From Thermodesulfobacteriota bacterium (GTDB taxonomy: Bacteria; Desulfobacterota_D; UBA1144; Nemesobacterales; JAJCZQ01), in assembly GCA_965215275.1 (NCBI GenBank), contig OZ244044.1, positions 736,001 through 800,000 of the forward strand: 64,000 nt of DNA, given 5' to 3'. Positions 1 through 9,070 of this stretch are shown here, piece by piece. The first letter of the stretch is position 1. Every line of letters starts with the position of its first letter. A program made the translations under genes and the position numbers. Below the pieces are notes generated by a model that did not search any database, was not told the origin of the DNA, and worked only from the letters and a program-made list of their open reading frames with translations.

Positions 1-2
1 CC

Positions 3-1427
3 TCTGACCACATTCTCTTTTGATATAACGTTCCCAGCTTGCATCGGGAGACTCTCGTCCTTATTCCCACCCGACAAAAAGGATAAACCTCTTTTGAGAA
101 CGTTATTAGCTGCGTTTAAGTCAGCATGGACTTTATAACCACAGGACATGCACTTAAATAACTTTCCTTTTCTGTTATTTTTAGCTACGTATCCGCATGC
201 AGAACAGGTCTGGCTTGTGTATTGGGATGGAACTCTTATTATCTTACCTCCAGTGCTCTCAACCTTGTAAGTAAGCTGACTAAGGACCTTTCCCAATCGC
301 TGTTCCTGTATAGACCTGTTCAATCCTGATTTCTGCTTTACGTTCTTACCTGGATCTTCCACGGTCCCCTTAGCGGACCTTGTCATATTCTTTAACTTTA
401 GATCTTCTACTATAAAATGATTACCATGACCCTTTACTATCCCTGTAGTTAATTCATGTATTTTATTATGTTCCCTTTCAGTGGTCCTTGCACGTTCTTT
501 GGCATAAGCTGTTTTCTTCTTGTTTCTGTTGTTAGATCCTTTTTCTGCTCTGCTTATTGCTCTTTGCTTTCTTTTAAGTTCCTTCCTGTCTATTTCTGTT
601 CCTTTATAGAAAGTTCCATCCGATAAGGTAATTCTGTTCTTCACTCCGAGATCTATCCCTATCGGTCTGTCTGACCCTCTGTCCACTCCTGCAACGGTTT
701 CATATACAAACTGTATCTCTACTCTTAAAGCAGTTCTTACTATCCTTATGTATTTAGTTCCTTCCGGTATCCTGCCTTTGAAACTCATCCTGCCTGCTCC
801 TCTTACCGACAAGGAAGTTCTTCTGTCTTGTTTCTTAACTCTACTCCATTGGTAAGTTTCAAAACTTTTTATCTTTCTGCTACTGTTCTTATATCTCGGA
901 CGACCACGTATCCCTTTTAGATATTCTTTATAAGCCTTATCCAGTCTTTTTAATGTCTTCTGTTGTGCTTGAGCGTCAACCTTACTAAACTCATCAGACA
1001 GTAAAAGGTCGTTCCTTATTTCCGTCAGTGATCTTGCCTGATCTTCGTAACTGATAGATTTCTTTCCTATTTCTTCTTCTGATAACTCTCTCCAGTTTAA
1101 CGGGTCGTTACAAGGTCGGACTTCACTTCTAACCCTGTTAAGAGCTATATATACCTTGTCTATATGTTTAACTGTATTACCTTTATTATAAGAAAGTCCA
1201 GACTTCCAGTGTGGATAGAAATACGTCTTAAATCTCTTTTCTGATAAACCCCATTTCATCAGTTTCTCATATTTATCATATGATCTTATCCTTTCTTCAC
1301 GAGCTCGGTTATAAAGGTAGGTAAGCTGGTTTAATGTATGTTCCAGCTTCTTATGAGCAGACGGGTCTAACTTAACCGCCCTGCGGTCTACTCTCGTTTT
1401 TCTGATCACACTTCCTTCACTATCCAT
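3..1427 (-). CDS. tnpB: RNA-guided endonuclease TnpB (3' end runs off the window; absent from ORF track)
   Basis: Hand translation from ATG 1427 (MDSEGSVIRKTRVDRR...) gives RuvC-I PIGIDLGV, RuvC-II IVEDLKL, zinc finger CSAC/CMSC and RuvC-III HADLNAA in one frame; clear paralogue of 36211..37602. Confidence 0.92.
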   Translation of the reverse strand, partial: MDSEGSVIRKTRVDRRAVKLDPSAHKKLEHTLNQLTYLYNRAREERIRSYDKYEKLMKWGLSEKRFKTYFYPHWKSGLSYNKGNTVKHIDKVYIALNRVRSEVRPCNDPLNWRELSEEEIGKKSISYEDQARSLTEIRNDLLLSDEFSKVDAQAQQKTLKRLDKAYKEYLKGIRGRPRYKNSSRKIKSFETYQWSRVKKQDRRTSLSVRGAGRMSFKGRIPEGTKYIRIVRTALRVEIQFVYETVAGVDRGSDRPIGIDLGVKNRITLSDGTFYKGTEIDRKELKRKQRAISRAEKGSNNRNKKKTAYAKERARTTEREHNKIHELTTGIVKGHGNHFIVEDLKLKNMTRSAKGTVEDPGKNVKQKSGLNRSIQEQRLGKVLSQLTYKVESTGGKIIRVPSQYTSQTCSACGYVAKNNRKGKLFKCMSCGYKVHADLNAANNVLKRGLSFLSGGNKDESLPMQAGNVISKENVVR

Positions 1428-1481
1428 ATCTATATAATTCCCTGATTTACAGCACTATCAAAGCTATTTGCTTGTCTTTGT

Positions 1482-1502
1482 CTAACAGAGTATATAATCC
1501 CC
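1482..1502. repeat. Cassette end motif (right-end orientation) 75 bp upstream of tnpB
   Basis: gagtatataatcccc at 1488-1502; same spacing from the tnpB ATG as the end at 37653-37674. Confidence 0.7.
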
Positions 1503-1770
1503 TAAACTTATATCAAACCGTTAACGTTCGGTCAACTTTTTTAACGGATCAGATCCTTATATTTTAACCTTTTATTCTCCACAGATTTACTCAAAGCAAC
1601 CATACGATCAAGTGTGTCAATGTTTTAAATAGTTATGATAGGCTTATTTAAAATTATTTAAAGTTTTATGTATTTTTGTACATAGTTTCCAGATTTTAGT
1701 AATGTCAACTGCACGGGTATATTTTCATATGAGAACTTATTAACTTAATAGATCTGCAAATTTCGATAAA

Positions 1771-2715
1771 ATGCGTATCTGCTCATTCCTACCAAGCACC
1801 ACGGAAATAATTTGCGCCTTAGGTTCGCAAAACGACCTTGTTGGCATAACCCACGAATGCGATTATCCAGAATCAATACTGAACAAAACCAGGGTTGTCA
1901 GCAGCAGTATTAACCTAAATGGTCTATCAAGCCGTGAGACAGATGAAATAGTTGCCAAGAATGCAAGGAAGGGAAAAAGCACGTATCTGGTGAATTTGGA
2001 ACAGTTAGAGGAAGCAGACCCGGACATAATATTCACGCAGGGACTTTGTGAGGTGTGTGCAGTATCAGAAAATCAGGTAATAGAAGCCACAGAAAAACTG
2101 AAAAAAAGACCGGAGATCATTTCCCTGGAACCCGGAACCGTAAATGAAGTACTGGAATCAATAGTTACAGTTGGCAAGGTTATAGGTAAGGCAAAGGAAG
2201 CCGATGAACTAAGAGCAGGTCTTCAAAAAAGAATCGATGACGTCCGGTCTGTAACACAGAGAAAGAGAGATTTTCCCAGAGTGCTTTGTCTGGAATGGCT
2301 CGACCCTGCCTATGTTGCCGGTCACTGGGTTCCTGATATGGTTCACATTGCCGGCGGAAAGAACGGGCTACGAGAAAAAGGAGAAGTTTCCGTAAAGATC
2401 GGATGGGAGCAGATAGTGGAATTTGCCCCGCAATACATATTTATTATGCCATGTGGGTTCAATATAGATAAAACTCTCGGGGAGATAGACGTAATTACTT
2501 CCAGACCCGAATGGTATCAAACTCCGGCATCACAAAATGGAAACGTCTATCTAGTTGATGCCAATTCTTACTTCAGCAGACCCGGGCCGAGATTGGTTTC
2601 AGGTATTGAAATTATTGCAAAAACAATACACCAAAACTCATTTAAACTGGAACTACCTCCGGATTCTATCCTAAACCTCAGAAACTTTATGCAAATAGAA
2701 TGCTTTCTGGGTTAA
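1771..2715 (+). CDS. BtuF-like cobalamin/iron ABC substrate-binding protein
   Basis: RICSFLPSTTEII, THECDYP, LEWLDP, FSRPGPRL motifs. Confidence 0.8.
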   Translation: MRICSFLPSTTEIICALGSQNDLVGITHECDYPESILNKTRVVSSSINLNGLSSRETDEIVAKNARKGKSTYLVNLEQLEEADPDIIFTQGLCEVCAVSENQVIEATEKLKKRPEIISLEPGTVNEVLESIVTVGKVIGKAKEADELRAGLQKRIDDVRSVTQRKRDFPRVLCLEWLDPAYVAGHWVPDMVHIAGGKNGLREKGEVSVKIGWEQIVEFAPQYIFIMPCGFNIDKTLGEIDVITSRPEWYQTPASQNGNVYLVDANSYFSRPGPRLVSGIEIIAKTIHQNSFKLELPPDSILNLRNFMQIECFLG

Positions 2716-2735
2716 CGGACGGCAACAATCCCAAT

Positions 2736-3002
2736 TTATGAAGGAGCTTTAAATGGATTAGGTGCGTCTTCTTCAACGTCAGGAGCAGAATCAGCAGAAG
2801 CCGGAGATTCTTCAGATGCCTCAGCGGATACAGCAGATTTAAATGGATCATCAACATTACTCGGAGTTGAACCTGAAGGTTCCTGCGTGGAAGCATCCTG
2901 ACCACTGTCCGAAGGTGTATCACTTGTATTCTTGTTAATTAAAATTACCACAAGAACAATGAAAACAACTATTACCGAAATTACAACAATATCTTGCGAC
3001 AT
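2736..3002 (-). CDS. Small membrane-anchored low-complexity protein
   Basis: Likely start MSQ at 3002 after GGAG; hydrophobic N-terminus, S/D/P/A-rich tail. Confidence 0.5.
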   Translation of the reverse strand: MSQDIVVISVIVVFIVLVVILINKNTSDTPSDSGQDASTQEPSGSTPSNVDDPFKSAVSAEASEESPASADSAPDVEEDAPNPFKAPS

Positions 3003-4223
3003 TTTCTCCTCCCAATTACCATTAAAATCTTGTAATAGAATCCAAAATGGTTTTATTACAATACATTTGTCCATATTATCAGTAAATTTATATTTTTTCC
3101 AGAAATTTTTACAATCTCTGTAAAATTATAAATATCTGATACTAACTCGTTCTTCAGTTTATTATACGAACAATAATGCAAGTTATATCACCAGTTAGTT
3201 CTAACACACTCGACTTTTCAAATGAACCACGCATTGAACTATCAGTGATCGGATCCGGCTTGATAGTTACCAAAGTCGGAACATCAGTTGTCTGTATTAT
3301 TCATGAACCAGTCCATTATAAGCGGAGTTTATCGCTGACTACTTTATATCAATAATAATAAAATCCCTTATTCCTCCGGGATATGAGCTTATTTCTGTCC
3401 TTAGAAAAGGTGGTGTATCAATAACAATAAACTCTCTTATTCCTTCGGGTGTTACCTGTATGTAGTCACCTATCTCCCTGCCGATCAGAGCCTGTGCCAA
3501 AGGAGTTTCAATATTAATCTTGCCATTTTTCGGGTCCACTTCACCAGCAACCACTTGAATTTTTCCTTTCTTTCCAGTCTCAATATCTTCAATCACCACA
3601 ATATCATTGATTGTTATACACTTAGGACTAGGCTTAATAGAAGTTATATCCTGGGCTTTTTTAACTTCGCGAAGGTGGTCATCCCTGCTTGTTATGAGAT
3701 TAGGTTTGGGCTTAGTGGAAGTTATATCTTGGACCTTTTTAACTTCACGAGGGTGACTATCTCTGCCTGCTATGTGATTAGGACTAGGTTTAGTGGAAAC
3801 ATCTTTATTATCATCCGAAGGTATATTACTTTTGTAAATCTTGTCTCTAAGCCTTCGTAAAAAAGAGCGAAGCATCAACTTTATTCTCATCCAAATATTA
3901 TTACTACCGCATTCATTAAATTTACTGCAAGAACAATGAAAGCGATTATTATCAAAATTATAACAATACTCGACATTTTCTCCTCACAATTACCATTAAA
4001 ACCTTGTAAAGTGAATATTTTACCAGAATTTTTATAATCTCTGTTAAACTTTAATAATCTGATATTAACTCGTTCTTCAGCTTTGTATACAGACAGTTAT
4101 GGAAATTATATCGCCATTTAGTTCTCATACGCTCGACTTTTCAAACGAACTACGCATTGAGCTATCAGTGATCGAATCCGGCTTGATAGTTACCAAAGCC
4201 GGAGACTCAGTTGTTCTTATTAT
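2950..4223. repeat. Diverged direct repeat pair (~2950-3301 and ~3930-4223)
   Basis: cgacattttctcctc(c/a)caattaccattaaaa and tcagtgatcg(g/a)atccggcttgatagttaccaaag occur in both copies. Confidence 0.85.
3339..3890 (-). CDS. Chimeric ORF: 26-aa repeats fused to a GreA C-terminal domain
   Basis: VVIEDIETG...TPEGIREFIVID closely matches the greA C-terminus at 26817..27293. Confidence 0.7.
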   Translation of the reverse strand: MRIKLMLRSFLRRLRDKIYKSNIPSDDNKDVSTKPSPNHIAGRDSHPREVKKVQDITSTKPKPNLITSRDDHLREVKKAQDITSIKPSPKCITINDIVVIEDIETGKKGKIQVVAGEVDPKNGKINIETPLAQALIGREIGDYIQVTPEGIREFIVIDTPPFLRTEISSYPGGIRDFIIIDIK

Positions 4224-4527
4224 TAAAGATTCTGAGCAGATGACCGAAAAACTTAATGATCTCGACTGTGCACTACTTAACTTCACAAAGATCCCCAGAC
4301 CTGAATTTCCAACGATTAACGCCGGACTTGAATTGAAAACAACAGGCGAGTTATCTTTTAAATATGATTACTTCTTCAACCCTGAATCGGAGTACGAACT
4401 CAGCCTTCTGCATTCAATCCTTGATCAAGTTCATATCGACCTGTACTTCCTGACCGGTACTTCCGAACTATGCCTCAGAACGAAAATGGAAAGAACGGAA
4501 ATTGAACAATTGAAAAATTGCCTCTGA
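4099..4527 (+). CDS. Hypothetical protein
   Basis: 142-aa ORF upstream of fabH; its 5' end is duplicated at ~3175-3301. Confidence 0.6.
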   Translation: MEIISPFSSHTLDFSNELRIELSVIESGLIVTKAGDSVVLIIKDSEQMTEKLNDLDCALLNFTKIPRPEFPTINAGLELKTTGELSFKYDYFFNPESEYELSLLHSILDQVHIDLYFLTGTSELCLRTKMERTEIEQLKNCL

Positions 4528-4596
4528 TAATAATTTGACATTACGCAGTTAGATTAGAATAATAAACAAAAAACTTTATAAAGGATTATATAAGAC

Positions 4597-5574
4597 TTGG
4601 AGTTCGCAAAAATATTAGGTACCGGATCGTGTGCACCAGACAGGGTTCTTTCTAACAAGCACCTTGAAGATATCATTGATACCTCTGATGAATGGATCAC
4701 AACGAGAACGGGTATACAGCAGAGACGAATAGCAGATGAAGGGGTTTATACCTCCGATATAGCTTACGAAGCGTCAGTAAAGGCCTTGGAAAACGCGAAC
4801 GTGTCCGCTTCTGAGCTGGACGGTATAATACTTGGAACGATATCCCCCGACTTCATTTTCCCCTCAACGGCGTGCATACTGCAAAACAGACTCGGCTGTG
4901 AGAACATCATGGCGTTCGACCTGCTTGCCGGATGCTCAGGCTTTCTGTATGCACTTCACGTTGGAAATGGAATGATATGCTCCAAGCACTCCAAAAAACT
5001 TTTAATAGTTGGTGCCGAGATATTATCAAGAATTATAGATTATGAGGACAGGACTACATGTATCTTATTTGGGGATGGCGCCGGGGCAGTGGTATTATCA
5101 CAGTCGGATGAACCGGGAATTTTATCTTCGTGTCTGAACTCCGACGGGAACAACTGGGAGTTCTTATATCTGCCGGGTGGAGGTTCAAGGATACCGGCAA
5201 CTGAAGAAAGCGTCAGGAATCGTGAACACTTCCTTAAGATGGCCGGTAAAGACGTGTTCAAGGTAGCTGTAAAATCACTTGAAACGGCCTCAATTGAAGC
5301 TATTGAAAGAGCAAACCTTTCACCTGAAGACATCGACCTGTTTGTTCCTCACCAGGCTAATATAAGGATTATTGACGCTGTGCGAAAAAGACTGGATATG
5401 CCCGAAGACAAGGTATATGTAAATCTGCACAAATACGGTAACACGTCTTCCGCATCGGTTCCTATAGCACTTGATGAAATGATACAGGATGGCAGTGCCA
5501 AGAAGGGAGATCTTATACTGATGTCGACTTTCGGTGCTGGATTCACGTGGGGTGCTACGCTGTTCAGATTATAG
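4597..5574 (+). CDS. fabH: 3-oxoacyl-ACP synthase III
   Basis: AGCSGF, PHQAN, YGNTSSAS catalytic motifs. Confidence 0.96.
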   Translation: MEFAKILGTGSCAPDRVLSNKHLEDIIDTSDEWITTRTGIQQRRIADEGVYTSDIAYEASVKALENANVSASELDGIILGTISPDFIFPSTACILQNRLGCENIMAFDLLAGCSGFLYALHVGNGMICSKHSKKLLIVGAEILSRIIDYEDRTTCILFGDGAGAVVLSQSDEPGILSSCLNSDGNNWEFLYLPGGGSRIPATEESVRNREHFLKMAGKDVFKVAVKSLETASIEAIERANLSPEDIDLFVPHQANIRIIDAVRKRLDMPEDKVYVNLHKYGNTSSASVPIALDEMIQDGSAKKGDLILMSTFGAGFTWGATLFRL

Positions 5575-5657
5575 GGAGAGTCCCTTTACGGTACACCGCT
5601 TTAATCTTCTTACCCCTGATCAGTTGTTGCCATCCAAGGCTTTTGTAGACGGGTATC

Positions 5658-6551
5658 ATGGAAATTTCAATTTACGCCGAGATCCTTAATATCGTCCTGC
5701 CCGTCTTTTTAGTAATTCTCACAGGTTATTTATTCAGCAAATATAAAAAGATCGACCTGAAGTCCATAAACGATCTTATCGTTTATATAACAACTCCATG
5801 CCTTGTGGTAAATTCTCTCTCCAGCTTCCCTATCGATCTGACCATTGCAGGAAAGATATTCCTGATCGCAGTTTCAGTACTGATAGTGTCGATGATCATA
5901 GGGGTCCTTATCACAAAACTGATCAAATTACCCTACGAAGTCTTTATACCTCCGATACTTTTTGGCAACACCGGGAGCATGGGACTGTCTCTCGCTTTTT
6001 TTGCTTTTGGTTACGCGGGATTTAACATTGCTATCATATGTTTTGTAGCAGTTACGATCTTTCATTACTCAATAGGGGTTTTAATATTGAGCCCGAAGAA
6101 GAACCTAACGGAGATATTTAAACTTCCGCTCATATATTCCGCGGTTATCGGGCTGTTAATAAGTATTTTCGAATACAAGATGCCCACGTCCATTGACAGA
6201 TCGGTTGAACTTCTGGGAGATATCAGCATCCCGGCAATGATGTTCTCTCTCGGATACAAGCTGTCAGAACTTCAGATAACTACGGCGAAGATCTCTCCCC
6301 TGTTTGGATTTTTAAAGATATTTCTGGGCTTTTGTGCAGGAGTTCTGTTCGTTGAAGTGTTTCAACTCGAAGGAGTTGCAGCCAGTGTAGTTATACTTCA
6401 ATGCTCCATGCCACCGGCAGTATTTAATTTCATTCTGGCGGAAAAATACAACAGGGACTCCAAGACGGTTGCATCAATTATAATGTCTGGAACGATCCTT
6501 TCCATAATTGCGGTCCCTTTAGTGCTGACCTATTTGCTTCATTATCGTTAG
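5658..6551 (+). CDS. AEC (auxin efflux carrier) family transporter
   Basis: Multi-TM protein with FGNTGSMG and SMPPAV motifs. Confidence 0.85.
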   Translation: MEISIYAEILNIVLPVFLVILTGYLFSKYKKIDLKSINDLIVYITTPCLVVNSLSSFPIDLTIAGKIFLIAVSVLIVSMIIGVLITKLIKLPYEVFIPPILFGNTGSMGLSLAFFAFGYAGFNIAIICFVAVTIFHYSIGVLILSPKKNLTEIFKLPLIYSAVIGLLISIFEYKMPTSIDRSVELLGDISIPAMMFSLGYKLSELQITTAKISPLFGFLKIFLGFCAGVLFVEVFQLEGVAASVVILQCSMPPAVFNFILAEKYNRDSKTVASIIMSGTILSIIAVPLVLTYLLHYR

Positions 6552-6705
6552 CTCGCCTATCCTGTTGAAAAATGATAGATTAGGTAATCCAATTAATTTG
6601 GATATTTCTTACGCTTAATATATCCGTTTACAATATACCCTTTGTGCGAACCCTTTTCGAGCACGATACCTTGACCATGTGCACGCAGGTGAGTGGTCCC
6701 TAAAA

Positions 6706-7191
6706 TCACCTCTTTAAAACACTGTCACCTTTGGTATATCTAGATTTTGCAATTTCCTTAAGAATTTTACTTGGAAATTCATTTTCGCCAATCTTGTGCT
6801 TCAATTTACCATCAGAACCTGATACTGCATATTTCTCACGTGGTCTACGAGACACGGAGACCCATTCAACTTTCTCGTGTTGCTCATCAAGAATTTTCTT
6901 GAGGTCTCTGAAATTTAATGTCACTACACCATCGTCGCCACAGACTAAAACCAAGAATACTTCATTAAATTTTTCTTTCATCTCTTGAATCTCATTTTGG
7001 TGTTTATTCTGAAAACTAAAACGCCACGGTGTCATCCTCTTGGTCGAGTGCTTGATATATAAGCCAACTGTTCCGTTGAGTACATAAGATGCGTTAGAAT
7101 CTGTAGGATATATGTGAATCTGCACAGGTAGACCTCCGTGAACTAGACGAGACAGAACAACCCCATGATAAAACTCAAACTCTCTAAGCAT
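6706..7191 (-). CDS. Hypothetical protein, last gene of MTase-Z1 operon (possible nuclease fold)
   Basis: 161-aa ORF 4 bp downstream of the Z1 gene; LYIKHS motif. Confidence 0.6.
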   Translation of the reverse strand: MLREFEFYHGVVLSRLVHGGLPVQIHIYPTDSNASYVLNGTVGLYIKHSTKRMTPWRFSFQNKHQNEIQEMKEKFNEVFLVLVCGDDGVVTLNFRDLKKILDEQHEKVEWVSVSRRPREKYAVSGSDGKLKHKIGENEFPSKILKEIAKSRYTKGDSVLKR

Positions 7192-7195
7192 GTTT

Positions 7196-9070
7196 CTATT
7201 TTGATGTTTTAAGAAATTTCACACTGTTCACACTGCCTTGATATTTATAAAATACTCGTGCCGAACCCGCATCATTAAACAGGATATTGATATGGTGTAT
7301 TGCGTTAGGGTATTTACCAACTTCCAATTCCCTCTTACCAATAAAACCACGTGTACGCACTATATTTTCTTTATCAATTGATTCGTTATCTCTATACCCG
7401 GATATACTTCTGGGTTCATGTATAGCAACTGACCCATCGGCACTTAATAAAAAGTTCCCTATGTAGTTAATTAAATATTGTGGGACTATTTTCTTTCCAA
7501 GAAGTTTTGAAAGTTCTCTAACTTTTTGTAAACTTGATGTTGTATTTTTATTTAAGATTTTTTTAATATCACCCTCAAAATATCCATAATCAAACAATTC
7601 AAAACTCATTTCACCACTATCAATCACAACGCGAGCCTTATCGACACTGCTACGTGCGGTGGCAGCAATTCTAGTACTCTCTAACCAGACGGGGGTGCCG
7701 TTGCCGTTGCGCCTAGAATCCAGAGATAGTCGATGAAAAATAAAACATTTTTGCCAATCAAGATAAAGTGCTTTGGGAATTGTTAATTCAAAATACTCCA
7801 AGTAATCTTTCCGAAACCCAAACATGCGTGCACGCTGTATATAAGTATCTTGTTGTATCTTATGTTTAACATCGCGTGTAAAGAACATTGCTAATAAGTT
7901 ATCAAAAGTAACACCTCTTGAGACAATGTTACCACCGATCACAACGGTAAATGGTGAAGTTGGATCGGTTGCGGTTCTGTTGTTGGCGGCGTTTTGCTCC
8001 TTGTCGCTGTTCATTACAACGATATTATTTCTGGCGTTGTTTTCAATTATATACCTTGTAATTTCGTGTGCTTTGTCAATATATCGTTCAGTAGCAATAT
8101 CAAAAATATATTTGTAATACTTTTCGTGTTGTTTGCTTGATTCGTCTCTTAGTATCTCAAAGGACTTAACGATTTCTTTTTTGTCCTTGGAGTGGTCTGC
8201 TTTCCTACCACTTGTGTGCACTAAAAAAGAATAATTGAGTTCTTTTTTATTTATTTGTGTATTGAGATACGCCACATTAACCATAAAACTAAACAGTGCC
8301 GTTCGCAGATATGCTGGGTCATCGCCCTCATCAGGTAACTTATGCAATCTAAAGGGAAAATCGGAGAGTGATGATGGAAAGAATTTTTCGTGTCCTGTGT
8401 AGTTTGAGTGTGGTGGAAAGTCTATCCATGACTCGTTCTGATTATCGTGAGTTTTATTTAAATCAAGACGAGCGGGAGTGGCAGTTACACCAATATACAC
8501 CCCATCATTACCAATGAGTTCACCGGTTAGTTCGTTAATCCTACTCCGTTTATCTTCATTAATTCTTGAATTCGGCGTAGCATAATCTGCTTCATCATCA
8601 ATAATTACTTTTTTCTGGCTGCACGAAGCAAGTTTATCAATCAATTTTTCCAAATCACGTGCGTTCTTTTTAGAAAAAATTACCCACTCTCCATCTTCGA
8701 TTTTTACAATTTCAGACAAAATCTCCTTGGATTTTTTTGGAGCAGGAGATAAACCAGATCGCTGAAAACGCTCTAAATTTTGACCAAGAAGTTGGACACT
8801 ATCATTGAGTAAAACAACAATAATTTTGAAACCTTCGTCGAGCAACTTGGCTGTTAAGGCAATCATCATCTCGGTTTTACCGCTTTGTGGCTCACCATAA
8901 ATAACGAAAGAACATTGCCCCTTATTTATATTTTCAACTGATTCCTCAACAACTTTTTTAATGCGATCAACTTCCTTATTATCAGAAGTCAATTGCCTTA
9001 GTCGTCGTTCATAACGACTGTCATCCACTATCTCTTCTTTTAATGCTTCCAAGTCAAATGTTGTACTCAT
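7196..9070 (-). CDS. SF2 helicase-like / Z1-domain protein
   Basis: GEPQSGKT Walker A, DDEADYA, TATP, GGNIVSRGVT, QRARMFG. Confidence 0.85.
   Translation of the reverse strand: MSTTFDLEALKEEIVDDSRYERRLRQLTSDNKEVDRIKKVVEESVENINKGQCSFVIYGEPQSGKTEMMIALTAKLLDEGFKIIVVLLNDSVQLLGQNLERFQRSGLSPAPKKSKEILSEIVKIEDGEWVIFSKKNARDLEKLIDKLASCSQKKVIIDDEADYATPNSRINEDKRSRINELTGELIGNDGVYIGVTATPARLDLNKTHDNQNESWIDFPPHSNYTGHEKFFPSSLSDFPFRLHKLPDEGDDPAYLRTALFSFMVNVAYLNTQINKKELNYSFLVHTSGRKADHSKDKKEIVKSFEILRDESSKQHEKYYKYIFDIATERYIDKAHEITRYIIENNARNNIVVMNSDKEQNAANNRTATDPTSPFTVVIGGNIVSRGVTFDNLLAMFFTRDVKHKIQQDTYIQRARMFGFRKDYLEYFELTIPKALYLDWQKCFIFHRLSLDSRRNGNGTPVWLESTRIAATARSSVDKARVVIDSGEMSFELFDYGYFEGDIKKILNKNTTSSLQKVRELSKLLGKKIVPQYLINYIGNFLLSADGSVAIHEPRSISGYRDNESIDKENIVRTRGFIGKRELEVGKYPNAIHHINILFNDAGSARVFYKYQGSVNSVKFLKTSK

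Noticed and set aside
1503..1770. Cobalamin riboswitch upstream of the BtuF-like gene
   Set aside because: AT-rich with no recognisable B12-box.
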